64,000 bases of DNA from Cycas panzhihuaensis. Lineage: Eukaryota; Plantae; Cycadophyta. The stretch is taken from assembly GCA_023213395.1 (NCBI GenBank), contig CM041465.1, forward strand, positions 34,727,741 to 34,791,740, in the 5' to 3' direction. Each line of letters begins with the position of its first letter. The first letter of the stretch is position 1. Shown piece after piece: positions 49,901 to 61,871 of this stretch. The translations under genes and the position numbers were made by a program. The notes beneath the pieces were generated by a model. That model ran no database searches and was not told the DNA's origin. It was given only the letters and a program-made list of their open reading frames with translations.

Positions 49901-50772
49901 CTATAGCAATTAACTAACTAGTTACATAATTAGTAATAGTGCAAACACCCTAACTAGAAATAAACATCTAGGTTCTACTTATCTATTTGGCTAACTAAAA
50001 GTAAATTCTATTTCATGTTAGGTACAAATAGAATATTATTGATGTGGTGATGACTATTAGAGTTCTTTTGGGAAATAGGTGCTCTACTAATATTAGTCAC
50101 ATGTTTAGAGAGATTATCTCTAAAAGTAATTGTTTGAGCCCTTATAAGATGAGCCTCTTCAAGTAACTCTTCTATACCAATTACATGCTAAGAGGCACTA
50201 GAATCTATAAACCAAGAATTTTCATCATGATAAGAAGATAATGTTGTGAAAAACAAGTGTTGAGAGTTAAACTAAGAATTAGCTATATGGCCTCCTTATT
50301 GTGAGTTCTTGTTATTCCTTTGATTTCTTAGTTGATTCCTCTATTGTTATTACCTATTATTTTGTCCTTGATTTTGGTTCTTTCCTTGGGTTCTATTTTG
50401 TTGGAAGTTCTGCCCTCCTTTTTTGCCACTTTGATTTGGTATGAGCTATAAGTTAGATTGTCTTCTCTTACAATCTACAATGATATGCCTAATATTGCTA
50501 GAATATAGGTAGGTGATAGTCTATCATGACAATTTATTTCTAAAAGGTTGTCATTATTGAGATTGTTGATTTATGTTTAAGGAACCAAATTGCTAAGCTA
50601 TAGGCTATTGTTGTGGATTATTCCTCCCATAATTCCTAGTTGTGAATATAGGAGTAGAGTCAGAAGTAGATGTTACTCTTTAACGATTCAGTATGCTCTC
50701 TTCCCTAAGCAATAATCCTTAAATAAGTGAGAGACAAAATTGTTATATTCTAGAGGAAGGATGTTGACTATA
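46980..50772 (-). pseudogene. Copia G gag C-terminus and pol remnant (gag N-terminus at ~57391-57870)
   Basis: DIFTKAL at ~47020-47042; VLYVDDL at ~47897-47917; WFIDSSAS at ~50190-50216. Removing H restores gag NQLNTLGAPLSNHDLTLSIVNILP. Confidence 0.9.
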
Positions 50773-50777
50773 CTTAA

Positions 50778-53700
50778 TATTAGAGAGAGTGTTATAGAGT
50801 AAAAAAATATAAACAAATTAATCATACACAGTGCACAAGATTTGGTAGGTGGAAAACCCCTTTAGATGAGAAAAATCCACCTCATAATAATAATTTATAA
50901 TATGAAATCAATAAGTAAATACATGAAGGAATTTTAGAGAAAAATGATCTTATCCTCTCTTATTTAGAAGTTAGTCAACCCTACGTACAATCTCCACTTG
51001 TTTAACCAGATCTTTGACTAAACTTTCTTACCTATCTTGACTAACTTCCTCGAATCTAGGAAGAGATATTTAAGAAGATGAAGGTTTGTTGAAATAGGCG
51101 GTTATCCATTTCAGTGAATCACATAACTAATATAGAGTAACATTAATATGATAACATTAATATTTGAATCTAACATTAATAAAAGGAACCTTATTTAAAG
51201 AATATAAAGCTAACATTAATAATTTAGAACATCCCCCTTTAATGTTAGCTTTTGTATAATAGATGATATAGAAGATAGAGGAAAGAAAAGAAGATGAAGA
51301 AGAAGACTTCAACATGGTGATATCCCTTTGATGAAGTCTTATTCAATCTTCAATAATTCTTATAGTTTAACAAACTTTGCTTTGGTCAATGGTTTTGTAA
51401 GAATGTCTGCAATCTGCAAATCTGTACGACAATAAAATAAATTAATAGTATTATCATTCACAAGATTACATATAAAGTGTTGATGTAATTCTATGTGCTT
51501 TATCCTAGAATGTGCAACAAGATTAGTAGGAATGGATATGACACCTTGATTATCAACATTAATTTTAATAGACGAGTTAGGAAATAAACCAAGTTCACTT
51601 AAGGTAATAAATTTGAAATATTATAAAGAATATTTTTTAAATAAAAACACGTACTTTGAGTTGCCTGGTCTTAAACAAAGACTTAACTTTAGATGTGAAT
51701 TTGTAAGTCAAAATGGCATCGAAATAGATCAAGTGAATAGTCGATACGTTTGCATCTGAATTAGGATTTCGATGCTTCTTTCAGAATTGAATTTGGACTC
51801 CAGATAAGAAAGTTATTAATAAAAAAGTATAAATACCCTCTTTTTATAAAGAATAAAAAATAAAATAAGGGTGAAGCCCCTTTTTATAATTGGACTAAGG
51901 TCACATAGGAGACAAAGGTGATCGAGGGACTAGTGGGTAGGGGACTAGCACCTTGCAGACCTAAAATAATGATATAATATAATTTAATTTAAAATAAACA
52001 TTAAAAATAAATAAATAAAATAATAAAATAATGGTGGTAGACCTAGATTAGAAATAAACTAAATTGAAAAGTTTTTACATACATAAAAACTTTATTTATA
52101 ATGGAACTAGTTTCACATCTACCAAAGATAAAAGACATTTGATTAACCCTAAATAGGTTTTAAACTATTTTCTGCATGCAAGGGGTTGAGGGCAGTGGGT
52201 GTTTGAGTCTCCTTCTATTTCTCTGGTCTTCCTCATATGTCTATAGAGAATGGCATTACAGATAGGCTTTAATCCCTATTTGCATTTCTACTTTACATAG
52301 GTATTTGTATGGAATGCATTGCAGATAAGCTTCAATCTCCATTGACATCTTCTATTTGGGTTTTGTCCTCTAAAATTCAACAAGATGATGGCATTTGCCT
52401 CTCAGGAAAATGGAAAAATGATGTTGCTTCCTGTCAATGATCTCTGCTAGCAGTGTGGGAATAAACCTTTGTTGGCATCATCTCATTGTTTAAATACTTT
52501 CTACAAAGTTTATCACCATGGGATTGCTACTTCTTTCACAACAACAAACATTAGTAAAAATAATTATATTAATTTTAGAAGTGCCTTTCAAGGTTTTATT
52601 TTATATATTTTATTTCATCATTACATGTGGTGGTGATCTTATTTTATTTTATATTGTAAGGTTTTAATACTATTCTAGAGTTTAAGCCTTGGCTAGATGT
52701 TTAGCTTGAATTTTAGCAGAGGGAGAGAAGGAAGCAACCTTGATATCTAATAGGATTAGTAGGCAAATAAGAGATAGGTAATTAGGTCATGGAAAACAAG
52801 TGTAATAGGGTTTTTGGTACCTATTTAAGTTTTGTAGATATATTGGTCTTATTTAGACCTTGAACAATATACAGTTTTATTTTTATAAATACAAATCTTC
52901 TAAGTACTTTGCATTTTAATAAATATTTGTTAAAATATATGACCATACCACCTAATGTAAAGTGGGCCTCCTATTTTTATGCCTAATTATGTGGAGGAAT
53001 ATTCTTAATTATGGTGACCTAATGGATGTATTTATAACTATATTTGGTACTTTAGATCTATAAATATAGATAAAAGTCCATCTTTATAATATATCATTTT
53101 GTCATAATGTGAATATTATTTATTTGTGGGTTTTCACCTATAAGGGTATCCCATGGTAATATGGTATCCTGTGCAATCTGCTTCTGCTTGTTATCTGCCT
53201 GATGTGAAAGATCTTGTTGACCTTGTTTGCTTTAATTGCATTTTCTAACATGGTACCAGAGCATGTAGGTTATGCACATGTAGATGAACATTGTTAGAGG
53301 TCTAATCGATGGTTCCAGGTCATGCTAGCTAGCTTGCCCTTAGCAGATTGGCATTCCTGATAAACTTGTAGAATAGCCACAGTAGTGAAGATGATCGCTG
53401 AGGATCCTGTGAGTCCTTTATCCATTGTTTCCAAGTACTTTGAGCCACATGGAGGTGTGTGGATGAGCGTTGACTCCATTGCCAGCCATACGAGTGTCAT
53501 TTGAACCTGCTAAAGGTGTCATATCCCTATTTGACATTACCATTGAGTTTGCATATTGTAGAGTTGATTGTCAGTGCCTATTGCTGGTGGGAGAGTGTAG
53601 AAACCCTAGTGAGCCATTGTAGTACCGTGAAATGATACTATGGTAATAAAACAAAGGTATGCTCATCATATAATAATGTTGTTGATATTTTAGGGTTTTT

Positions 53701-56700
53701 GATTTATATTATCACCCATATATTATATTGCTGGTTAGTTTATACTTATTACTAGTGATTGATATATTGAGTGTCTAAAATCTCACCACCCATATCCTCT
53801 GTGTTATTATATTACACTGTATGGTATATTACACCATATATCATATATGTCAGTTGCCATTATTTTTTATTAATCCTCTTATTAATATATTGCCTACATT
53901 AATAAATATTCACTGTGATGGAATCTTTGTTGGCCATCTATATTCTTATTACCCTTTATGTTCCACTCGTGTTGTAGTTTTACATTCACCTCAAGTATAT
54001 TTATGATGTTTGAGTTGTCATTTTTATATATTGAAGCTTGTATATATATTTTGTAGTCATGCAAGTATGTTTACTATGTCCAATCACCATTTTGTGATAG
54101 ATGCACATGCATTTTCTATATTTTGCAGTAGTCTTAATCCTTGGGTTGGGTGTAATCTACGTTTAGTATGCAGTAGCCCATAGTGTGATGATTACTATCC
54201 ATCCATATTCGTTGATATATATTCGCCATTTCTTGCAGTTATTTACATATTTGTGCCATCAGTATACCATATCATTGATTGCTAATTATGTATTTTATAT
54301 TTGTAGTCTGCATTGTTAATTATTTATAGTCTATGATTGATTATTCAGTTGCTTAGATTGCCGTGGATGTACACAATTTTTTGCATTGACTGTGTGTTAT
54401 TAATATACATCTTTTCATATATATATTTCATATATATTGAGTCACCAAAAGTTCGTTGCCATTCACCCTTCATATATCATTTATATTAATGTTATTTAAT
54501 ATTAAGTTACCTTTTGTGTTATCAATGTCATCTTTTTATTGAATCACTTTGATATTATTTTAAAGATGTTTAGAGCCATTGAGATGTGATATTGATATTT
54601 TATCCTTTATTTATTCACCCATGACCTCTCTCATATGAAGTAGCTCACATTTGACAGTTGCCCTTCAATGCGATACATATTAAGGCAACTATTTGAGGCT
54701 CTCTTGAGTGTATTACATGGAAAGACTGGGTAAGAGTTGGGCATGTTTTAAGAGCACTTTTGATGGACTTGTAGAGAGCCAATTTGAGGGTGATGATGGG
54801 AGAGACTAAGTGAGAAATTAGTCATGCTTGTAGGGCGAGATGAGGCATCATGTTACCTCCTTGAATGTGTTTTACGTAAGAGAGGTTGAGGGCGATGTCA
54901 AGTAAGTTTAATGGGTGAGATTGGGTGAGAGGAAGAAAAAAAGAGCATGTTTGAGATACCTTAACTGCAAGTTAATACAAACTCTATTACTGTTTAGTGT
55001 GGCATAAATCATTACAAGATTTATGTGATTATTTAGTGAAATATAAGTGGTTGATTCAATGAAAAAGAGTGATTTATTCATGATATATATTCTAGTTCAG
55101 TTACATTAGATGTATATAAGGTGAAGTTTATAATTTACTTGTATGATTGTCATTTTAGATCATTATACTTTTAATTAGTTAGATTGTTAGCATGAGCTTT
55201 GTGGCCTGGTTAAATGTTGGTTCAATATGGGTGCATATCTGAACAAGTCTGATGTGGAACCGAGATAGTGTGTTTGATAAAAATAGAAGTGTGAATGGAA
55301 AGGTCTAAGACAAGATGCCTTAAAATCAGTTATGCCTTGTCATGGTATGTATAGCTGGCCTATTAGGTTATATTATAGGTGAATATCATGATGCAAATGG
55401 TGAGGTTTGGTGCATGTTAGTGTTTGCCTCCCATGGTTTGATGGTAGAAATTGTAGCAGACAGGTATGGTACCCTTGTTGTGACTATTCGTGGCATATTT
55501 TCCTCTCGTGTGTTGTGTTTGGATCAAGTCGAAAGCCTTCCATTTATTTCCCTTGGTGCATTGGAGCGCACACATCTTAGACAAAGATTACAATAAGAGG
55601 ATTACAAGTGTTTGAAGCATATCGGTTGTTTAGCTTACAAACAGTGTGATCTATAGGGGAAATGCATTATGATTAATCTAGATGTTATAGAGTTGTTGAC
55701 ATATTATGCTGAGTGTCATTTGGTTACAGGTTATATCCTTCATTGGTTCACTTTTCTAAGTCGTTATTCAGCAGGTGTGGAGGTTTGTTTGCCTAACATT
55801 ATGCTTGAGACAGAAACAGGACTCAGTGACAGGTTGATGATGAAGAGTTGTTAGTTGAGTAGACATGGATTGCAGTCCCATGTTCCATTAATAGTTGAAG
55901 ACCTATAAGATGATGTAAGATTGTGGATCAACATGCTAGTCAAAACTTGAGATATATACCAACATTCCAATGAGTACAGATTCATGATGGAGAGTTGTAT
56001 TGAAGCAAAGAACCTTCTTAATTTGCAAGTTGGTAAGCTTATTATGCAGGATCTAAAGCATGAAGAAGGATTAAGGTATGATGAGATGTTTAACACCAGT
56101 CTCTATGTTTATGGTCCATTTGATCCTTACTTTAGCACCTTCAGATAATTGGGTATCGTATCATATCATATCAATGTTCCTTAACAAAGACTTGAAGAGG
56201 AGATTCACATGGTTTAAGTGGCTCAAGCTCTTGGTTTAGTCAAAGGAATATGTTTGAGTTAAATGGACAAAGTGTTAGGTGCAGAGAGAGCTATATGGTT
56301 ACAGGTCTATTGGAGCATTTCTAAAGAATTGAGCACATACAAGGCATGGCACCATTACATCTGAGTGATGATCGCTACATTGATGTTCATGCATATTGGG
56401 TTAAGTAAGGTTATCCTTGAGAGGGCATTTGTTCCCAATGATAATCCTTATTTCCCCACATTTACATTAAGAGGGGATGTTAAAATATGTGACCATACCA
56501 CATAATGTAAAGTGGGCCTCCTATTTTTATGCCTACTTATGTGGAGGAATATTCTTGATTATGGTGACCTAATGGATGTGTTTATAACTATATTTGGCAC
56601 TTTAGATCTATAAATATAGATCAAAGCCCATCTTTATAATATATCATTTTGTCATAATGTGAATATTATTCATTTATGGGTTTTCACCTATAAGGGTTTC

Positions 56701-57385
56701 CCATGGCAATATGGTGTCCCATACAATTTACTTCTGCTTGTTATCTACCTGATGTGGAAGATCTTGTTGACTTTATTTTCTTTAGTTGAATTTTCTAACA
56801 ATATTCTTATTTTATTTATTTAAAAAAAAAAGTATGTATGAGGGTTTGATAAAAACCTTATTTCATCTTCAACTTTTGTTTGAAAAATGCATGTTTGAAG
56901 ACCCTATAATTTAGATACCCTACTTTGATACCATGTTAGAGAGATGGTTATATAGTCAAAAATTATAAACAAAATAATCATACACAATGCATAAGATTTG
57001 GTAGGTGGAAAACCCCTTTAGAGGAGAAAAAACCACCTCATAATAATAATTTATAATACAAAATCAATAAGTAAATACATGAAGGAATTTTGGAGAAAAG
57101 GATCTCATCCTCTCTCGTTTAGAAGCCAACCAACCCTATGTACAATCGCCATCTATTTAACCAAATCTTTGACCAACCTTTCTTGACTATCTTGACCAAC
57201 TTTCTAGAATCTAGGAAGAGATATTTGAGAAGGTGAAGGTTCATTAAAATGGGTAATTGTCCATTTCAAGAAATCATATAACTAATATAAAGTAACATTA
57301 ATATGATAACATTAATATTTAAATCTAGCATTAATAAAAGGAATCTTATTGAAAGAATATAAAGATAACATTAATAATTCTAACA
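50778..57385 (-). mobile_element. Non-autonomous Copia derivative H (~2.7 kb native), interrupted by I
   Basis: LTRs 50778-51231 and 56934-57385; exact TSD CTTAA; PBS rc ACTTTGATACCA 56922-56933; PPT rc TCCCCCTTT. Only the RNase H C-terminus is recognisable (DNQG...KHIELHQHFI...QIADILTKPL, ~51350-51605). Confidence 0.9.
52928..56800 (+). mobile_element. Non-autonomous ~3.9-kb Copia-derived LTR element I
   Basis: 323-bp LTRs 52928-53250 and 56478-56800 (TG..CA); exact TSD ATATT; PBS TGGTACCAGAGC 53251-53262; PPT AAGAGGGGA 56469-56477. Interior is homologous to B. Confidence 0.93.
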
Positions 57386-60300
57386 CTTAATGTAAGGTCA
57401 TGGTTTGAGAGTGGGGCACCAAGAGTATTAAGTTGGTTCCTAATGGTCTTTACTTTAGTTAGGTGAGAGGCAATAGAATTAGAAAAAGGGATGGTAAATA
57501 AGTAAGCTTTTAATGTGATAAATCTTTACTCATATTTCCTCTCATAAAGGGAGTATATGGTGCTCCATGCTTCATGTGAGGTACCCATGGTTTCAAAATT
57601 TTGGTCGACATGATCTTCAACCACAAGATAAATAAAGGAAAGGATAATATTATCTTTAACTTAAAATATAGTTAGGGTAATAGGATCATATGGGATTTCT
57701 CGATTCGGATTATTGGAATCCTTAGTGGGTGTAAGTTTGACAATGTCCCCATTCAAATACAGTCAAAAGTCATTCATAATCAATAAGTTTTTGATTTTTT
57801 CTTCCAAGCCAAAAGTCATTGCTTCCACTTAGTTTAATATTGTTAAACACTAGTGTATAAGCTATCATGTTTTATGATTTTCTTATCTATTTACTTGATG
57901 GGATACTAGTCTAAACTATTAAAGTCTTAAAGGGTCTCTAAGAAGCCCTCATTTGATATTATATATAGTGGCACTTGCCCACACATGGAAGTTCAAGGAC
58001 TCAATATACTTTGGTACACGAACAAATTAAGCTCTATATACCTAAATATATGAGTATAAAAGGTAGACTACCCCCTTGATAATGTTTGTTCACCTGCATC
58101 AAATTTATGTCAAGTGACAGATCTCGTGAAGGACCATAATCTAAGGTACTCACCTCCTCTGGGTCTAACTTAGTCTCTAAATAATAAAGAATGGGTTTGC
58201 ACATCAACTTGCCATTAAATATGACTTATAGCTAATGTCTTTCTCTATTGTTTGTAGATTTCAAGAAAGAGCAAAAGCATATGCGAAGTGGTAACTTTAG
58301 GGTTCCTATTCATTCCCCTCGCAAGGTTGGAAAAGTCTTAGTAATTCAATTTGAGATTATCTTAATTAATCTTTCGACTTTAAATTCCTTTTAATGTGAT
58401 CTTGCTTAAGGTGATTACTCTCTTTTATTCAAAGAAAGAATAAAGGAGAACAAAAGAAGTACAAATAAATGACAAAGGATTGGGTTTAGAATACTCAAAG
58501 GAAGAGACCATGCTTGTTAATAAAGAGTAGCCTTTCTCATATAAGTAGAGAACTTACAACCATAATGCAATGTAAACATGAGTCATATATCAGATATAAA
58601 AGCCAGTCGAATGATAATAAGTAGCAAATAGTAATAAATTCCCTTTATAAAGTGTGAAATGAGTCTTTAATTAATGAAATAGGTCTTAAATAACACATAA
58701 AAAAAGGTTAATTTTAGGAGAGTAAAAGGTCCTAAAAAACTTTCCAAAATGGTCTAAAAATAGCTCCATCTTATAATGCTCTAAGTCAGGAATCTAGTGA
58801 ATTTTATGATTTAGAAAATAAATGCTCCATTACAAAGTTATGATAGAAATAATATCATCACCTCTTTATGAAGTAATAAAGGAGAAGGGATGGTATTAAG
58901 CCCCCTTAACAAGTTAGCCCCTGGTCGCTAGTCTTCTGCACATGATCGCCCACTAAAGAGAGGAAAATGCTATAGACATTACACTGAATTTTAATTCAAT
59001 TTAATTGATCAAAACCTTTGTAAAAAAAATATTACAAAGTTAAAATTTAAAAACCAAATGTCCATTAATCGAAATATCAAAGGTGTAATAGAATGAAGAA
59101 ATTTAATTGTAATCAAGTATAGATAGCATAATCTGCTTGGGGATCATAACAATAGCTCCCATAGGGCAAGGGAGGATGATTACACTCCATGTAGACCTTA
59201 TTTAGAACTCACACAAGCACCACAGAGTTGATAGAGGATGGGAGGTCTAACGACAAGCAAGCCAAGGAGTAATGAGTAAATCAGATGCTAGTCATGGCTA
59301 CTAAATACCCTCAATAATATCATTCAGGTTCTATGCACCTCGACAAAGATGGAGAGAGATAGGGGGTGAAGGACCAATTAAAAATGCTAGCTGTAAAACT
59401 AAGTGAGCATGGAGGCAATAAAGTATGAGGGTAGTTATGGAGAGTTAGTCAAGCATGAGGTCACACAAATGTGAGGGCTATTGCAGGTGACTAGATCAAA
59501 GTGCTCAAGTGAAGCAACATGGCACAGAACTATAGGTAGGCAAAAAAAATAGTAGTGAATGATAAAGATCAAATGGCATAGATAGAGTTCCTAATGATCT
59601 GAATGAATTTTGAATAGAAAGAGTGTATATTTAGAATGGATTTGAATGGGTTTCATCATGTTTCAAAATAATCTATCAATTGGGTCAAATGAAAATTCCA
59701 TTTTTGCAACGAAATAGAACTAGACCTTCTCTGATATGATACACCTACAACAAACTTAGTGAAAACAAGAGAACAGATTCTAATACCATATGAAAACATA
59801 AATAAGATATAAAATATCTCTCTTGAAATGTAGAAAATAAATCAAAGAGTGTAAATAACTATTCAAACCAAATTGATTGATCAGAATAAGAAAGGAAGGT
59901 TGATTATCACCTTTAGTCTTTATTCTAGTAGAGTTTCGCTTAGCTAAAAAATTCAATATGTATGAAGGAGGGCTCGAGCTATATTTATAAGTCTTGAAGT
60001 ACCTCAAATAATTACATGATTGGCTGACATAATGATCCAATATAATTAGCCCATTATTTGGCAAGGGACAAACCTAATACACCTTTACAATATAATTTAA
60101 TTATATAATAATACAAAGATGGTACAAAGGTACATTTACATACAAATGTGTCATTATAGTTTTAACATAGGATTCACATACACATCACTATTGGAAGGAT
60201 AGGTGTTTGTTGTGGCAAGTACATCACTCAATCTTTAATAGAGGAGAAATCAAGGGTTTTATACTTGTGACTTATAGATTAGTAATGATAAATAAATGTA

Positions 60301-61498
60301 GGTTTCTTTTCCCACATGTGAACTAAGTAGGCTATATAGGGTTCACTAGTACAAATAAGGTTTAGACAAAAATCATATTATGAAGTAGCAAGGATGGAGC
60401 TCAACAATGGAGGCAAATAGAAAAATTTGGAATCAAACAAAGTCGATCATATTCAAAACAAAGATAAAAGTAGAAATAAATGGGCTAAAATAGAGTCAAA
60501 TAGCTAAAACAATCTCTTTTATTATTTTATATATATACATAGAATGGAATAAAATAGATTCAAATAACTTTGTTGTTTTCATAAATAGAATTAGGTATCA
60601 ATCATAAAACAAGCTCTTTAACAAGCTATGGAACCTTCAACAACAAACTTTAAGCAACAATAGACAGTCAAGAAGTAATTAATTAATCAAAATTAATAGC
60701 TTTATGACTTATGGAATAGGCCCGACATGACAATAGAAATTGATAATCTTCAATTGAGTAGAACTTCATTATAAAACTTCGTTTTAACTTCTTGTATTCA
60801 CCATCATCTCTAATACCATGTTAGAAATGCAACCACGTGATATAATAACCAAGGAATATTATAATAATGCCATAATGGACCTCAACCATAATCATAATCA
60901 TAATCATATTACATCTCACCATGTAGGTATACTTACAGTCATGTTGTATGCATATGTGAGATTATTTTCCACACTTATAACCAATCACATTTGGCCTTTA
61001 TATTGACCAATCATATATGACCTATTACTTAGCCAATTACATTGAATGTGCATTATCTTCTAATAAAGAAAGCCCAAAAAATAGTTCTCTTTTTCTAATG
61101 ATTAAAAGGTCTTTGTGTTTAGTTCTCTTTTTGGTATTAATGGCACCTAATACATTGACTTTGGGGCCTCACACTATATTACTTTCCACAAAGAGTAGTT
61201 TAATGAACTTAAAGATGGATGTAATCAAACCATTATTCAAGGTGATGATAATCAATATAAAGTAGTTGAGCAAGTTATAATTGTTCTTAATAAGCTTGGC
61301 GATAAAATCAAGATCTCTAATATGCTATGTATACCATCATTCAAGTGCAACTTTCTTTCAGTAAGTTGTGTGACTAAATATAAGTTGAAGGTTGAGTTTG
61401 ATGCCATCTAATATATGATCATGGATGATGATTTTTTAATATCTTAAGGAATTGAAAAGAATGGCTTGTATAAATTCTTTGGTACACCTGAGCATGGT

Positions 61499-61871
61499 TG
61501 TGAATTTATGAATGAAAATGAACTAAATATCAACATATATAGAAGATAAATATCAGGTGGAATTAGTTTACCATTAATTATTTCTCATTCATTACAAATG
61601 AATCTTTCCCTTATACAATGCAACCCATAATATACACACAAAATCAATAATGGTCTAAAGTATGACCCATGACTGCCATGATATATACTATAGGTCCATT
61701 GGGGACTATCATAACTCCCATGACATGTGTCATCAACCTTTATAACTCATTACTACTGTGTCCATATATGAACATTAATCTAACACTCCCCCTTAATATT
61801 CATACCAGGCTTTAACGTCGATACAAAATCTAAATTTATCAAACTTATCCTTAAATAAACATTAGTGAAAA
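61499..61871 (-). mobile_element. 3' LTR and RNase H tip of Copia J
   Basis: TGTGAA...TCTAACA (61499-61785) followed by PPT rc CTCCCCCTT and a DKFDKF / IFTN-like remnant. It interrupts the D reading frame; no partner LTR in the window. Confidence 0.65.

Larger units (their letters stand above)
46570..60167 (-). mobile_element. Copia element G (gag interrupted by H)
   Basis: 379-bp LTRs 46570-46948 and 59789-60167; exact TSD TAGGA; PBS rc ATTCTAATACCA 59777-59788; PPT rc TCCTCCCTT. Confidence 0.93.
41182..61065 (-). mobile_element. Copia element F (contains G, H and I in its 5' UTR)
   Basis: LTRs 41182-41421 and 60819-61065; exact TSD AAGAA; PBS rc TCTCTAATACCA 60807-60818; PPT rc CTCCTCC. 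Confidence 0.92.
32371..61498 (+). mobile_element. Copia element D (5' LTR, gag, protease), fragmented by four insertions; 3' part outside the window
   Basis: LTR 32371-32676 (TGTTAGA...TCTAATA) and PBS TGGTATCAAAGC 32677-32688. gag pieces at ~33550-33928, 34259-34435 (MGEKFEDRELVNITLNNL) and 40977-41181 (knuckle CLYYNKKGHLEKNY). Protease *YIDFGASHY and following region at 61071-61498. Confidence 0.8.

Noticed and set aside
53294-56096. Short ORFs inside element I as functional genes
   Set aside because: Short, not preserved as ORFs in relative B, and at most eroded pol fragments.
60818-61006. ORF with HNHNHNH run
   Set aside because: It is the 5' LTR of F with a short CATAAT repeat.
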